Positions 49,529 through 59,814 of a DNA stretch of 64,000 nucleotides are shown here, in pieces (within the stretch, counting starts at the first letter, position 1; each line of letters starts with the position of its first letter). The stretch is from IMG/VR virus record IMGVR_UViG_3300046513_000235, positions 994-64,993 of that record. One strand, written 5' to 3'. Under the pieces are notes generated by a model, which saw nothing but the letters and a program-made list of their open reading frames with translations, was not told the origin of the DNA and made no database searches. A program made the position numbers and the translations under genes. Origin of the DNA: a virus (Duplodnaviria > Caudoviricetes).

Positions 49529-50569
49529 TTAACTAAACTCCCACGTACACTCTTTAGCGGTCTTTGTCTCATGTAAATTCTTGAAGTTAGGGTGGCGTGG
49601 AAATCCGTCGGTTGTCTTTTCCATGAATGTCACACGTGCTACCTTACCTATATAGGCTTCCTTGTTTCGGGACAACTCTTCACGCATGGCTTGATTCATT
49701 CCGGATGCGTCACAGATATGAATAAGGTCTCCGTCTACGTAAGCCCCCAACTTAACTGAACCTATCCAATTTTTGTAATGATTTTCTGTGACCGGAACTT
49801 CAGTGCCATTAATCTCTTGCCAGTACGACCAGGTTTCTAGGTTTTTACCCGTATATTCACGCTTAGCTTGAACATACCCGATAATAACTAGATCTGTCTC
49901 GTCGTTCTGCTTGAATTTCATCCATTGCCACATAGGTTTCTTACCCATGATGTAAAGGCTGTCCAACTTCTTAAGAACACCTCCCTCGAATCCGTTATCC
50001 AGCAGATCCTGTAGGAAAGTTCGCTTATTATCTACGGTTACAGGAACCAGATGGATATATTGCTCCATCTCTGTACCCTGCACATAAGTATTATAGAAAT
50101 ACACCAGCAGATTACGGCGCTCTTTGTACGTATTCTTAATGAGCCAGTTAGCTTTAGGCGAACGTAGCATATCAAAGATAGTGTAATGTATATAACCATT
50201 CAACTCTTGGAATGCTAATGCACCTGCAGGTAATGGACCTGTTACGTGTGTTGCATACTGGCTTGTTTTGCCTGGGTAATGTAATTCGCCATCAAGGATG
50301 AGATTATACATCGCAAGTTTACGGAAGAAATCACGTAAATGCGGGAAGTTGTCGGTTTTTTCTACATTATCAGAACTGTAGAAACGATATCCGAGAACTT
50401 CATATCTACACCCATCAATCTTTTCCTCCATTGCCCAATCAGATGAGTCTAGTAACTTGTCGAGCTTAGCTACATTGTTGGCATGGTCCTTATCTACCTT
50501 GCCGGGTTTCATGACTCCAACGTGTTGAGCTAAGGAGGCGATTAATTCGGCTGATGGTTCAGTTGCCAT
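49529..50569 (-). CDS. lig: ATP-dependent DNA ligase
   Basis: EEKIDGCR, LDGEL, IFDML, EGGVLK, WMKFK, RHP. Confidence 0.92.
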   Translation of the reverse strand: MATEPSAELIASLAQHVGVMKPGKVDKDHANNVAKLDKLLDSSDWAMEEKIDGCRYEVLGYRFYSSDNVEKTDNFPHLRDFFRKLAMYNLILDGELHYPGKTSQYATHVTGPLPAGALAFQELNGYIHYTIFDMLRSPKANWLIKNTYKERRNLLVYFYNTYVQGTEMEQYIHLVPVTVDNKRTFLQDLLDNGFEGGVLKKLDSLYIMGKKPMWQWMKFKQNDETDLVIIGYVQAKREYTGKNLETWSYWQEINGTEVPVTENHYKNWIGSVKLGAYVDGDLIHICDASGMNQAMREELSRNKEAYIGKVARVTFMEKTTDGFPRHPNFKNLHETKTAKECTWEFS

Positions 50570-50583
50570 AGCTCCGCCTCCTC

Positions 50584-50850
50584 TTAAGTATCACATTCAA
50601 TGTACAACAATGCTGCATGTACCATAGCTTCCTGCATGTTTTCCTTACGCTTGGTGACCATCTCTTTGAATTTCCAGTAAATATCAGCAGGAACAAGAGC
50701 ACCAAGCATTTTGGCTTCCTCTACCTCCATAGAAACCCTATTAAGATTAATAATGTGTTCCTTGTCAGATCCGCTACCTAGCCGAATCAGTTCTGGTTGC
50801 GGAACAATGCCTCCGGATGCTAGTTTAGCAGGTTCACCCATTTTATTCAC
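50584..50850 (-). CDS. Hypothetical protein
   Basis: AGGAGGTG RBS; first gene after a motif promoter. Confidence 0.6.
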   Translation of the reverse strand: MNKMGEPAKLASGGIVPQPELIRLGSGSDKEHIINLNRVSMEVEEAKMLGALVPADIYWKFKEMVTKRKENMQEAMVHAALLYIECDT

Positions 50851-50872
50851 CTCCTTTCACTGATAAGGTGTT

Positions 50873-50912
50873 TATATTAATATAATATTCAAGATAATTT
50901 TGAAATGTACTA
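50873..50912 (-). promoter_or_regulatory. Phage-motif promoter
   Basis: TAGTACATTTC-N13-ATATTATATTAATATA. Confidence 0.7.
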
Positions 50913-51182
50913 TAATTGCAAAATAAATATGGAGATGTATTTCCGACTGAAGTTGCCTTCTTTCTTATTTAATATAGAGCTGAAAATTTTATTGCTTTCA
51001 AAGCCTGAAGCAGAGAGAGGCCTTAGCTGCTTCGGTGTGAAGGTGAAGATAGGGTTTGTTTTGTTTGAGAAAGTGGCTTTCGTACCAGGTGGTGGTTTGT
51101 TATTCGGCTTGCCGCGAGCGTTCCTGGGGTTGTTTCAGGGACTACACTACGACAATAATAAATAAAATTCTTTTTGCAAATT

Positions 51183-51221
51183 TAGTTCATTTCATTTGCA
51201 AACGTATATTATATTAATATA
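51183..51221 (+). promoter_or_regulatory. Phage-motif promoter
   Basis: TAGTTCATTTC-N12-ATATTATATTAATATA. Confidence 0.7.
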
Positions 51222-51277
51222 GAGCGAAGTTAGTAAGCGCTTAAGAAATCAAATATATCCTTTGGGAGGAATTGACA

Positions 51278-52438
51278 ATGGCTAGAAAGAGCAAGAACGA
51301 CAATGAAACAAACTTCTTGGGTGCAGAAGGTGAAGTAGTTGAAACGGCAGAAACCACGGAACAAGAAGGCGCGGTCGAAACCGAAGGACAGGAACAAGGC
51401 GTATACATCGATGCAACCGCAGATAATGTACCTGCCGGCGACGCTGAAGCATCTGATACCGGAGCTGCTGGAGAAGTAACTGGCGAAGGTGCAGAATTCG
51501 ATGGTTCCGCTCCTGATGCCGACGAAGCAGCTTCCGAAGCATCTGACGATCGTGTTTGGACTGTTGATGGCGCTACAGTTTCCAAATCGGAATTCATCCG
51601 CCACAAGTTCACCAAGGAAGATATGGGACGGAAAGAGATTTCCGAGAAATATGCAATTAACTACCGCACGGTTTATGGCGCTACCATGAACATGGTCAAT
51701 GGTGCAGAAGCTTCCACCCGTGGACGTACTGCTTCCGCTACGAAGATCCTTATTACTGCCGATAACCGCGTTGTATCGTACGTGAAGGATGCCGAGTCCG
51801 GCGTTGAAATCCTCCATATCAACAATGCAGCAGTTGCTGACGATGCTTTGGTTGTTACACCAGCAGTTCTGGATGAAATTACCAATGAAGAAATTACTCC
51901 TGCGGTGCAGGAAGAGCTGACTGAAGTGGATCGCAACACTTGGATCAAACAACAGGTAGCCGCTGGTGTATCTCGTGGTGATATTGCTTCTGCGCTGGGT
52001 CTTTCCTACGGCGTGATTTACGGTATCACTAAGGATGCTGAAGGCTCTTCGAACCGCCATGAAGTGGAAATCAAGGATGCTGAAGGAAACGTTGTAGAAA
52101 CGATTTCCCGCAGTGAGCACATCCGCAGATTGTTCGCAACAGGCAAGACAAAAGCCGACATTGCGAAAGAGCTGGGTGTTGACTACCCTATCGTATGGGC
52201 AGCTTTGAAGGGTCTGAAGCCTGAATCCGAAAAGTTGGCTGATGCAATCGACAAGCTGGAAAAGTTCGCAGGCCAGGTTGAGCAGGCTACTGAGTTCGCT
52301 GAACTCATCGCACAGCTGAAACTGATCACCTTGAAAGCCCCGGTTGAAGAAACCACTGAGGAAGCTGCGGCTGAAGAAGCTGCTCCTGCTGAGGAAGTAC
52401 CGGCTGAGGAAGTTACGCAGGCTGAAGTAACTGAGTAA
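51278..52438 (+). CDS. Acidic protein with three HTH-like repeats (paralog family)
   Basis: SKSEFIR..KEISEKY, GVSRGDIASALGLSY, SRSEHIRRLFATGKTKADIAKELGVDY; Glu/Ala-rich termini. Confidence 0.75.
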   Translation: MARKSKNDNETNFLGAEGEVVETAETTEQEGAVETEGQEQGVYIDATADNVPAGDAEASDTGAAGEVTGEGAEFDGSAPDADEAASEASDDRVWTVDGATVSKSEFIRHKFTKEDMGRKEISEKYAINYRTVYGATMNMVNGAEASTRGRTASATKILITADNRVVSYVKDAESGVEILHINNAAVADDALVVTPAVLDEITNEEITPAVQEELTEVDRNTWIKQQVAAGVSRGDIASALGLSYGVIYGITKDAEGSSNRHEVEIKDAEGNVVETISRSEHIRRLFATGKTKADIAKELGVDYPIVWAALKGLKPESEKLADAIDKLEKFAGQVEQATEFAELIAQLKLITLKAPVEETTEEAAAEEAAPAEEVPAEEVTQAEVTE

Positions 52439-52453
52439 TATATGTGAGGCGTT

Positions 52454-52484
52454 AAGTCGGATCTGTAATGGATCCGACTTTTTT
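52454..52484 (+). terminator. Intrinsic terminator
   Basis: AAGTCGGATC/GATCCGACTT plus T run. Confidence 0.75.
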
Positions 52485-52539
52485 AATTGCCTAAATTCGG
52501 AGAGATGTTCAACTTACTTGAAAGAAGGGAGTTTTATTA

Positions 52540-53637
52540 ATGTCAGAAGAATGGAAAGCGATCGTAGAATGTCCGGGCTTTAATGTATCTACACTAGGCC
52601 GCATTAAGGGACCTAAGGGATTATTGGTAGATGATCCATACGAAGGGGCAGGTTTTTACCGTACGGTATCAATCGAAGGAAAACAATACAAGGTACATAG
52701 GCTTGTAGCCTTGGCCTTTTGCCCCAATGATAATCCAGAGATGAAGATACAAGTCAATCACAAAGACAGGAATAAGCGTAACAATTGTGCGGATAATCTG
52801 GAATGGTGTACACAGGCAGATAACGCACAACACTGGGCAGATGGATATAAAGAACAACATGGGATGGCCCATAACGAAAAGAAAGAGGAACAATTAGCTA
52901 GAGCTTTCATGGGAAAGGTTGAGTTTACTCCCGCACAAAGTGACGCATATTGCAAGGCTAAGGATGATTTGGGCGAGGTAGACAAGGGAACTGTCTTGGC
53001 TATGGGGTATAAACGTTGTGGACGTTGCGGTCATGCTAAGAAGTTTTACCTATTCAACAAGAACAGTGCCAGTAAGACGCATACATCCGGTAATTGTAAG
53101 GAATGTCAGAAGTCTACGGCATCTAACTCGTACAAGAATACGAAGCAGAGACGTAACTATCGTAAGTACTATAGGGAGAATAAGGCCTTAAAGCAAGAAC
53201 ATGCGCGGAAGTATTATGAGAACAATAAAGACACAATTAAGGTCAAACATGCTGCATACTTGGGTACTAAAGGTGGCAAGAAGGTTATGGCTAAAGCGCA
53301 TACCAAGCGCCGCACACTCCTGGCAACCAACAAGGGGATACCTTATACCCGTGCAATGGTCATTGACCGCGATGGGGCGTTCCTTGGGCTCGAACATCCT
53401 ATCTGTTACCTATGTGAACAACCCATTACAGATATTTCCGGCGCAGGCTTACATATCGACCATGTTGTGCCTGTAGCAATTGATGGGTTGGATTGCATCA
53501 CGAATGTGGCAAGTACCCACTATGTGTGTAATCTGAAGAGGGAGAAAGATGCGCGTGAGCTACTGCCAAAGCAAGTCGAAGGAATCAAACTCAGAGCTAA
53601 CAACTACATTGACGCCCACCCTGACCTGTTTCAATGA
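52540..53637 (+). CDS. Double HNH endonuclease (NUMOD4-like + HNH, Zn finger, second HNH)
   Basis: EEWK..VSTLGRI, VHRLVA..VNHKDRNKRNN..NLEW; CGRC..CKEC; CYLC..HIDHVVP..N..H..CN. Confidence 0.8.
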   Translation: MSEEWKAIVECPGFNVSTLGRIKGPKGLLVDDPYEGAGFYRTVSIEGKQYKVHRLVALAFCPNDNPEMKIQVNHKDRNKRNNCADNLEWCTQADNAQHWADGYKEQHGMAHNEKKEEQLARAFMGKVEFTPAQSDAYCKAKDDLGEVDKGTVLAMGYKRCGRCGHAKKFYLFNKNSASKTHTSGNCKECQKSTASNSYKNTKQRRNYRKYYRENKALKQEHARKYYENNKDTIKVKHAAYLGTKGGKKVMAKAHTKRRTLLATNKGIPYTRAMVIDRDGAFLGLEHPICYLCEQPITDISGAGLHIDHVVPVAIDGLDCITNVASTHYVCNLKREKDARELLPKQVEGIKLRANNYIDAHPDLFQ

Positions 53638-53650
53638 CCACCGTAGCCCG

Positions 53651-53679
53651 TTGACTTTCATAATTAAGTGTGTTATAAT
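53651..53679 (+). promoter_or_regulatory. Sigma-A promoter of the phage sigma gene
   Basis: TTGACT-N17-TATAAT with TG extension. Confidence 0.8.
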
Positions 53680-53748
53680 TAATTTATAAGTAAGTAAGTC
53701 ATTAAATTATCCGCACTCATAAAGTAGCGGGACTATGGAGGAAGAACA

Positions 53749-54684
53749 ATGACAACAGAACAGGTGACTAACCAGGGTAAAGAATTAAGCACAGGGGAAA
53801 AGTTGGTTGCATTTAGGGTAGCTCAGGTAACGGCAGATGAAATTGCGCTGGAAGAAAAGAACCAGGAAATCAAAGCACTACGTCTTCTTACTTCGGAATT
53901 ATTTTCCCAATTAGCAAAAGCTCGGGAAGTTGGTTACACCATGCAAGCACAAAGGGATATTCGTAATGAAATCGTTGTCAAGAATATGCGGTTAGTCACA
54001 GTAACATTGCAGAAGTACGGATCATTCTCACCAGACAAGTTTCAGAATGGTTGTGTGGGATTGTTAAAGGCTGCTGAGACGTTCGACATATCACGTAATG
54101 TGCCATTTTCTAGCTACGCTTGCTTTTGCATTGAGATGGAAGTGCGGGCAGCTTGGAGTAAGCAGAATCGTGCATTTGAAGGCAAGAAAGCCGGTTTTCT
54201 TGACTCCCTTGACGAAGTAAGCGGCTATGACGACTCGAAAGAAACTAGCAGATATGAGTCTGTCGAAGATCCATACGGGGAAAGTGACATCGATCAGTTA
54301 CTGCAGGATGCCGAAGTAGACACGCTATTTTATAAGATCATTATTCCTAGTATTGAAGAGTATGGTGTGCGTTCGAAGGATATCGATGTTATGCGCTGGC
54401 GGGAATTGGAAATCCAATACTTTATGGAATTGAGCATGGTTAAGTCACAGCGCCAACGGTTGACATTCTCAGCTATGGCAAAAGAGTTGGGTACAGTGAC
54501 GCAGAACCTACGGACACGTCACAAGAAGGTGATGGAGCTGATTCGCCAGAAGTGCGTAGAGTATGGCTATGCTGAAGACGTTTATGTAGTCAATGAGAAG
54601 AAAAGTACAGAGCATCATATGGTTTTGCAGGCGGGTTACAAAATCAAGCAACGTGGTCACGGCCAATCCATGAAAAGAAAGTAG
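53749..54684 (+). CDS. RNA polymerase sigma factor, sporulation-like
   Basis: NMRLV, GCVGLLKAAETFD....FSSYACFCIEMEV (region 2); C-terminal HTH. Confidence 0.85.
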   Translation: MTTEQVTNQGKELSTGEKLVAFRVAQVTADEIALEEKNQEIKALRLLTSELFSQLAKAREVGYTMQAQRDIRNEIVVKNMRLVTVTLQKYGSFSPDKFQNGCVGLLKAAETFDISRNVPFSSYACFCIEMEVRAAWSKQNRAFEGKKAGFLDSLDEVSGYDDSKETSRYESVEDPYGESDIDQLLQDAEVDTLFYKIIIPSIEEYGVRSKDIDVMRWRELEIQYFMELSMVKSQRQRLTFSAMAKELGTVTQNLRTRHKKVMELIRQKCVEYGYAEDVYVVNEKKSTEHHMVLQAGYKIKQRGHGQSMKRK

Positions 54685-54691
54685 GGATAGC

Positions 54692-55165
54692 ATGAAGTTC
54701 GATGAACTGCTCGCGCGTACCAGGGGCGGGGGTTTTATCCCACCCTTTAGGCTCCTCGCGCTCGATCCAGGCCATACCACGGGTTGGTCGATCTTTGAGG
54801 ATGGCAAGTTGACGCTATCTGGTCAAGCAGACACAGAAGCTAATGGCTGGGAGGAAATTCACGGATTGTTCGAGTGGGCTATGCCAACAATGGTTATCTT
54901 TGAGAACTATCGTGTATATGCTCATAAGCTGGAAAGGCACGCGAACAGTGAAGTATACACACTACGCTTGATAGGTGTCATAGAGTATCTATGTGACATC
55001 GTACACAAGATACCGCGGTACAGTCAGATGGCCTTGCAGCATAAAGGCTTCTGTTCCGATGACAAGTTGAAGAGCTGGGGCTATTACGATATGGGCCATA
55101 AGCATGCAAGGGATTCGATCAGAGCCGGTTGCTACTTCTTATTGTTCAACAAAGAAATCAAATAG
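54692..55165 (+). CDS. RuvC-like Holliday junction resolvase
   Basis: LALDPGHTTGW, IFE, IGVIE, HARDS. Confidence 0.8.
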   Translation: MKFDELLARTRGGGFIPPFRLLALDPGHTTGWSIFEDGKLTLSGQADTEANGWEEIHGLFEWAMPTMVIFENYRVYAHKLERHANSEVYTLRLIGVIEYLCDIVHKIPRYSQMALQHKGFCSDDKLKSWGYYDMGHKHARDSIRAGCYFLLFNKEIK

Positions 55166-55187
55166 AGATTAACAGGAGGAACTACAG

Positions 55188-56785
55188 ATGGAATTTAACG
55201 AACAGATCCAGTGTGATGAACAAGATTATGGTTGGTTGGAGGAGATGCGTAAGGGTTTGCCCACTTTCGAGGTGCATGGCACTCTTACAGGGCATATTGA
55301 TATGGAAGAAACTGCTGCGGCTAATGAAGACACCCACACATTTACTATCCTGTCGGAGAACATCGTCATGATTGCAACCGTGCAAGGTGGTAAACTGTTG
55401 GGTGCTACTGGATTCAATGCTAAAGTTGAGCAAGTAGAGATGAATACAGTCAAGATCACCAAGAACAAACAAACAGTGTTCCTCGAGCTTGGTGAGGATG
55501 TTCAATGGCTTCAAGAAAGGGAGGTGTAAACATGAGTGAGCAACTGAAGGTAAATGCCGCCATACGTTGTATTACCTTGGCATTGGAAATAAACCGTAGG
55601 ACTTCGTTTGCGGTGCATTCGGATTTTGTCGGTAATGTTGGAGCACTCACCATCCGTATAGCCAAATCGGATGAGGAATACAACACACATCTTGCCATAG
55701 GTAGTGTCTACCTACTATCGGATCCCACCATAGAGGGTTGGGATACCCAGTATGCTACGAAGTTGGCGCAGATGGAAACTAACCTGTTGGAACTTCTGCA
55801 AGGAAGGTTAGATCTCTCGCGCTTGCCAGAGGCTCCATATATGGACATGGTAGAAGGCACGATTGTGGATCTTACGCAGCCACCTAAGGAGGTGATAGAA
55901 GATGAATGAGCCTGATATACACGATCTACTAGATACCCACCAAGCTAAGGAAGAGTTGGAGGGGATTAAGGACTTACTGGGCGAATGTGCTGTATGTGGT
56001 AACCCCGTACTTGCCTCTGAAAGTGGTTATCGTATGGGTAATGGGGATGTAGTTCATGTGGACCACTTTGAAGAATATGCCATCAACGAGCTCAATGCCG
56101 AACTTATCGAGGGGAGTGTAGAATAATGGGAGCGCAGAAATTTAATCTCACTATGTTCCTTATAGTAATTGCCAAGGAACATGGGATGGCTGACCACCTG
56201 GTAAGTACATCCGACGCAGACGAGGTATTGCAGTATGTCAAGACCCTTGGAGAAAATGTGGGCGATCCAAGAACGGTGCAGCGTATCTTCTCGGTAGATG
56301 CGTTGGGCAATACGGCCTCGTACAAGGTAGTCTTTGAGGGTAAACTCATACTGAAGCCTATAGTAATAGACGTCGAAGGCTAAATTTGATCATGGGAGAG
56401 GGTTAATATGAAAGAAGGATTAGGAGATTTGCCGGAAGCACAGAAGGAATTGTTCAGGGAAGATATCTGGTGGATTACGGATAAGTACATCAACCTTGCC
56501 GTAGCCATGGTAGCTGAGCAGTTCATCAATGAGGAAACACCAAACTATAAGCATGCTGGCGAGCTTGTAGAACGTATCAACTACGTATTCCGCCAGCATT
56601 GTCCGATTGCCTATTCGTACTTCTTTGACCGCACAGGAGAAGATATTCTCCCTTCTGGTGCAGTTGCGATTGTCATCGATGTTATCAAACGCGAACGTCC
56701 ACTGTTCGCTGTAGGAGGAATTACACTTGGACAACTTAACTCCATTATCCAACCTTCAGCAAAAGGTCAAGGGTATTTGGGATAA
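55188..56785 (+). CDS. Five hypothetical genes (55188-55529, 55532-55909, 55902-56126, 56126-56383, 56408-56785)
   Basis: Coupled ORFs with RBSs. Confidence 0.6.
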
Positions 56786-58277
56786 CATCCTCCGACCATA
56801 TCAACAGACAGAAGCCATGAGAATGATACAGAAGGGAAAGTACCTCAATTACATGGACATGGGATTAGGGAAGTCGCTAACGACTTCCTTTTCTGTTGTC
56901 TACTTGGAGGCTTTCCCTTGTATTATTGTATGCCCTAAGTCTGCCATGTACGTGTGGGAAGGCGAACTGCGCAATTGGTTCGGGATGGACTCTACGATTT
57001 ATGTAGGTAAGCCAAAAGAGCGTAAGGAACGCTTGAAGGAATTCAAAGAGCGCAAACACAACTTCATCATAACTAATTATTCCCTCATTGAGGAACTAGC
57101 CATTCACTTCGGGATACTGCAGAAACGTCCCAATGAAGGCTCGGTTGCTCGCGGAACCGCTAAGACGAGATACACGCCACACCCACCTGGTACGGGCAAC
57201 AACACAATCAAGGGATTGATTGCTGATGAAATCCATGGGGCTGGTCTTATGAACCATACTACTAAGACATACGATATCTTCAAACACATCATGGGAGAGA
57301 TCCAATATGGTTTCTTGCTTACCGGCACTCCGACACGTAAGGGTTGTATTGACTTCTATGGACCCTTAAGTTTAGTAGAGCCTGAAGAGTTTGACAACTA
57401 CTGGCGGTTTGTTAGCAAGTACTGCGTCGTCATTAAGGATCGCTTTGGTACTTCTATTGAGCGGAATCCGCAGGATATAATAGCTTTTAGGGCTATGCTA
57501 AGAGAGTATGCGGGTATACTTAAGAAGGAAGATTATTTAGAAGAGTTACCGGGTAAAATTCGTAAGAATATACCGGTAGAGTTGGATGAGGAGCAGCGTA
57601 GGGTTTATGATGAGCTTACGGCTGAAATGTTTACCATAACGGATAAGGGTGAGCTTATCATCACACAGAGTAAGTTGGTTTTGCAAATGCGCCAGAGACA
57701 GTTAGTTGTTGCCCCTCAGATACTCGGTCTAAAGACGCGTGGTGCTAGTATTGATACTCTAATTGAAATGGTAGAAGACATAGTAAGTGAGAACAGGCAA
57801 TTTGTTGTCTTTACGCCTTTTAAGAAAGCCATTCCATTTATTGCGGAAGCCCTAAAGAAAGATTATCCGGGGTTAGCTATCTTTACTATAACTGGGGGAC
57901 TTACGGCTGAGGAGTTTGGGCGTGAGTGGCAAACATTTCAAAAGAGTACGAAGGCTGCGGCTTTGTTATGTGTGATCAAATCTGGTGCTTCCTTCCAAGC
58001 TACAGTTGCAGATAATGCTTTCTTCCTGGGAGCCGAGTACGATTTCAATTTGGATCTACAGGCAGAGGATAGATTGAATCGCATGGGTCAAAAGCGATTA
58101 GTGCATTGTAATTACATTACTGGTCGGGGTACGGTAGACGAAGAAATTGCTAAGTTGATGAACGATAAGAAGTATGCAGCAGATTTACTCCTATCGGCGG
58201 AAGATTTATTTAAGCTAATGCTGAAGAAGAATCCCCAATATGCCTCAGCGGTAAAGGAACTCAAGTTGATTCTATAA
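56727..58277 (+). CDS. SNF2-family helicase
   Basis: LRPYQ, DMGLGKS, DEIH, LTGTP, QAEDRLNRMGQ. Confidence 0.9.
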   Translation: MDNLTPLSNLQQKVKGIWDNILRPYQQTEAMRMIQKGKYLNYMDMGLGKSLTTSFSVVYLEAFPCIIVCPKSAMYVWEGELRNWFGMDSTIYVGKPKERKERLKEFKERKHNFIITNYSLIEELAIHFGILQKRPNEGSVARGTAKTRYTPHPPGTGNNTIKGLIADEIHGAGLMNHTTKTYDIFKHIMGEIQYGFLLTGTPTRKGCIDFYGPLSLVEPEEFDNYWRFVSKYCVVIKDRFGTSIERNPQDIIAFRAMLREYAGILKKEDYLEELPGKIRKNIPVELDEEQRRVYDELTAEMFTITDKGELIITQSKLVLQMRQRQLVVAPQILGLKTRGASIDTLIEMVEDIVSENRQFVVFTPFKKAIPFIAEALKKDYPGLAIFTITGGLTAEEFGREWQTFQKSTKAAALLCVIKSGASFQATVADNAFFLGAEYDFNLDLQAEDRLNRMGQKRLVHCNYITGRGTVDEEIAKLMNDKKYAADLLLSAEDLFKLMLKKNPQYASAVKELKLIL

Positions 58278-58352
58278 ATCGTTTCCTGGAGAGATGCCCA
58301 AGCTGTTCCGGCTTGGGCTTCCTCAAAGGGTCTGAAATTCTTTTTAAGTGAA

Positions 58353-58392
58353 TAGTTCATTTCGAATATAATATGAATATTATATTAATATA
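58353..58392 (+). promoter_or_regulatory. Phage-motif promoter
   Basis: TAGTTCATTTC-N13-ATATTATATTAATATA. Confidence 0.7.
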
Positions 58393-58434
58393 AGCAAGTG
58401 AATAAGGAAGATCTTACGCTAGGAGGACATTAGT

Positions 58435-59672
58435 ATGAGACCAGGCGATTGGGTAAGAAGACCTATGCACTCTACGTATGATGTTCCTACAGGTACATAC
58501 TTGGTTTGCATCAAAGAGCATCCTGCAGGCGATTATACAGTGGGCAAAGTGTATAAGGTGGCCTCTACCAATCCTAAGTTTCGTATGCGGACTAACCAGG
58601 TACGTATACGGGATAACAACAGGGAAAAGACAGACTTCAACTTTTCGGAAATTTCCGATAATTATCTGTGGGATTACTTCCGCCTTATATAAGGTGGACT
58701 GCAATAATATAAAGATACTTTAGGAGGAATTACAATGAACAGCGAAATTAGGCAAGTATTGCGTCCAGAGGGAAGCAAGTTTGAATTCTTTGTTGGGCAG
58801 GAGGTATTTTGGAAGGGTAAATTACACACAATTCAAAATGTCCGCCTGCAGTACAATTATGAGCACCATTACAAAAGTATATTTGATGGCCTCCAGCGTT
58901 CGACAGTTCCCTTCTTAAAGGACACCACTCTGTACGCGCATGTCATGTCGAATGACAATAAGTGGAGCGTTATAGAGGTTAATATGGTGGAACTGGAGCC
59001 ATTGGTAGAAAGTATTTTTGCCATCGGAGATCGAGTACAGTCCAATTATACCTTCCGCGGTCGGGTAGTAGGTTATGAACCTGAAACAAACAGGGTCGTC
59101 GTTATCAGTGATGCCATTGGCAAGTATACAGATACCTTTGAACCCGGTTCAGGTAATCGTGTACGTTATGCCTACGGTGTAGGTGAACTATCCTTGATGC
59201 CTACGGAAATTACATTTGAACGTAATCGGCGATATGTAATCCGTGCTGGTGATGGACAGGCGGCAAGCGACTTTGAAGTGCGTGCTGTTGAGGGTGAGCC
59301 AGCTTCAATCATGACAAATCTATATCGGGTTGATAATGGCACATTGTTTGCTAAGACCAAGGCCCTCTCACCAGTATCCGGCTGGCTTACACCTTACGGA
59401 AGAGTATTATCCGTCGAACTTATTACAAACACTGGGACATCCCTATGAACTATGATGACATCGTACAAGCTGTGAAAGATGCCGGTTTGTATCGGAGGCA
59501 TTTACTTATAGCAACGAAGAACAAAAATAAGTATCTTAAAATCTACCTTAATCAAACCGGATGGCCTGAGGCTGTAAGAATCATACGAGAAAAGGTAGAA
59601 AGCTTTGCGGGTAACCAACGTACTTTTAGTCATAATCCAAGAAATGCAACTATAACATTTACCCTGTATTAG
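58435..59672 (+). CDS. Three hypothetical genes (58435-58692, 58735-59448, 59445-59672)
   Basis: AGGAGG RBSs; bounded by a promoter and a terminator. Confidence 0.6.
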
Positions 59673-59684
59673 TAGTCACGTGGA

Positions 59685-59713
59685 GAAGCCGATATCATTG
59701 GTATCGGCTTTTC
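59685..59713 (+). terminator. Intrinsic terminator
   Basis: AAGCCGATA/TATCGGCTT plus TT. Confidence 0.65.
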
Positions 59714-59814
59714 GGCGTGGAAACTAAACCACACTATACCTAAAAGGAACGTGGTGGTTATGATGTAGTTATTAATTGTTGCCTGTCGGACATTTTACCT
59801 GGGAGAGGTGTTAT

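Noticed and set aside
51230-52120. 296-aa antisense ORF over the acidic HTH gene
   Set aside because: Shadow of strongly biased codons
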